This document shows, in pieces, positions 62,455-64,000 of a DNA stretch of 64,000 nt (the stretch's first letter is position 1; each line of letters opens with the position of its first letter). Position numbers and translations under genes: made by a program. The notes beneath the pieces were generated by a model. The model saw only the letters and a list, made by a program, of their open reading frames with translations. It had not been told where the DNA came from and did no database searches. Source of the DNA: an uncultured Aliarcobacter sp. (lineage in GTDB: Bacteria; Campylobacterota; Campylobacteria; Campylobacterales; Arcobacteraceae); NCBI GenBank assembly GCA_963664305.2, contig CAXXLV010000001.1, positions 192,001-256,000 of the forward strand, in the 5' to 3' direction.

Positions 62455-64000
62455 TTATCTTTTTAAGTTTATTAATGTATTTAATAAATCGTCAGATGTT
62501 GTAATTGATTTAGCATTAGCTTCAAATGCTCTTTGGAATACCATAAGATTAACTAAACTTTCACTTAAATCAGCTGTACTTAATTCTAATGTTTTTCCCA
62601 TAACAGAAGCTGTTTTATTATTATTTAAATTGTAAACAGGATCTCCTGATTCATTTGTTTTTGCTAATAAGTTATTCCCAACTGGATTTAATCCTCTATT
62701 ATTATTAAATACTGCAATTGCAATTTGTCCAATTGCGAACTCTGCACCATCTTGTTTCATTGTGATTAAACCTGTACTATCAACTGAGAATTCTCCAAAT
62801 GCTGAATCTGAGATTCCTAATGTATCAAGTCTTAATTGTAAGCTTCCTTTTGATGATGTTTGATCAACTTTATTTACTATTTCAATAAACTCAGCTCCAG
62901 CACCTTTTCTTCCTGAATAATTTGCATTTACATCTATTGGAGTTAAATTCCCAACTATTCCAGCTGCTGTTCCAGTATTATCATCTGAAACTTTTAACGT
63001 ACCTGTAAATTCAACATCATAATTTTCATCTAATGTTTGAATTACTAAATTACCATTTACATTTCTTGCTTCAACATATTTTGATAAATCTGGATTAGCA
63101 TTTATTTGAGAAACAAAATCATCAACAGTAGATGCATTATCAATTACCATTTCAACAACTTGAGGCGGTGTTGCACCATCATTTGGAACAGGAATATTTT
63201 GTCCTAATTCTTTATCAAAAATTGTTATTGCATAAGTAAAGTCTCTTTGTGTTCCATCTAATATTTGAGTTGGAGTATACACATCTTGTTGTTTACCAGT
63301 TATCAATTTTGATAAAGCGTCTCTTGATGTTTCTAATCCAGCAATTCCAGAACCTTTTTCAGCTGAAGTGGTTGTTTGGTAATTTCCTTGAATAGTTACA
63401 CCACTAGCTACTTCACCTACTTCAGAAATTTTAAATTCTTCACCAGGTATTAATGATTTTATTTGAATAATACCTTTTAACATATCTCCTGAATTTGTTG
63501 ATGCAGTATAACTTTCACCTGTATTAAATACATCTGCTCTTCCTGAATCAATTGCCATTGTAGCAACTAATCCAGGTATTTGAGATATTTGATCTGCTAA
63601 AGCTTTATAAGTCGCTATCTTCCCTGCAGCTTTATCATATGCAGCAATTGCAGCTTCATATGCTGGTGTTGTAGGAGATGGAGCCGGTACTAATGTTGAA
63701 GGGTCTGTTAATCCCTCAGCTGTTCTATCTGCTACACTTAAAGAATCCCATAAATCTTGTCTAAATGATTGAGTTGATGAAGTAACTAAGAAATTTTGTG
63801 AATATTTATTTCCATCGATATATACATAAATTTGATGCCCATCACTACCTATTATTGAATCTGATCCAGATTTAAAATTAATTTGAGATGTTTGAGCAAT
63901 AGATGTTGCAGATAAAGCATCTGGTTCATCTTTTAATTTTTGTAACCAAGAAGTATAATCTTTAATTGCTTCTTCAATATCTGATACTTTTGCTGATTTA
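62455..64000 (-). CDS. flgE: Flagellar hook protein FlgE, 3' part (start lies beyond the window)
   Basis: The frame stays open from 63558 to the window end (KSAKVSDIEEAIKDY...). C-terminal LELS.ADL.ESLVNL.VFQRAFEANAKSITTSD.LL.TLINLKR is the FlgE/FlgG signature; its length favours hook. Confidence 0.9.
   Translation of the reverse strand, partial: KSAKVSDIEEAIKDYTSWLQKLKDEPDALSATSIAQTSQINFKSGSDSIIGSDGHQIYVYIDGNKYSQNFLVTSSTQSFRQDLWDSLSVADRTAEGLTDPSTLVPAPSPTTPAYEAAIAAYDKAAGKIATYKALADQISQIPGLVATMAIDSGRADVFNTGESYTASTNSGDMLKGIIQIKSLIPGEEFKISEVGEVASGVTIQGNYQTTTSAEKGSGIAGLETSRDALSKLITGKQQDVYTPTQILDGTQRDFTYAITIFDKELGQNIPVPNDGATPPQVVEMVIDNASTVDDFVSQINANPDLSKYVEARNVNGNLVIQTLDENYDVEFTGTLKVSDDNTGTAAGIVGNLTPIDVNANYSGRKGAGAEFIEIVNKVDQTSSKGSLQLRLDTLGISDSAFGEFSVDSTGLITMKQDGAEFAIGQIAIAVFNNNRGLNPVGNNLLAKTNESGDPVYNLNNNKTASVMGKTLELSTADLSESLVNLMVFQRAFEANAKSITTSDDLLNTLINLKR

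Noticed and set aside
62455..63558. ORF-track start of flgE at 63558
   Set aside because: The frame is open to the window edge and the N-terminal FlgE motif is missing, so this ATG is internal.

Overview
Very AT-rich chromosomal window from an Arcobacteraceae (Campylobacterota) genome, judged from the 16S sequence and gene content. It holds housekeeping genes (murA, tlyA-ribF-cmoA-bcp-pgbA-like-glcD-yihY, clpS-clpA, bioD, mscL) and one complete minus-strand rRNA operon (16S-tRNA-Ile-tRNA-Ala-23S-5S) with a consensus sigma70 promoter. It also holds an orphan secretin, a short retention-module T1SS-type protein, a NIT/CZB chemoreceptor, and a ~21 kb flagellar cluster (flgE to flhA) that runs directly into six non-flagellar genes. 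The most interesting element is a four-gene operon at 24799-30553. It has three different CitE/malyl-CoA-lyase-family domains, one fused to an acyl-CoA ligase and lacking its metal-binding aspartates, plus a clear mesaconyl-CoA hydratase (Mch) homologue. A class I fumarase and a protein with FAH-superfamily motifs follow it. This looks like an uncharacterised C5-dicarboxylate (citramalate/mesaconate/methylmalate)-glyoxylate CoA pathway. Other notable signals are a PomAB-like (Na+-type) flagellar stator, sigma70-type control upstream of flaG, a nearly cysteine-free SdhB+SdhE-like fusion, a membrane-anchored HNH fold lacking its catalytic His, and MscL with a zinc ribbon. All family assignments come from reading motifs by eye; no searches were run.
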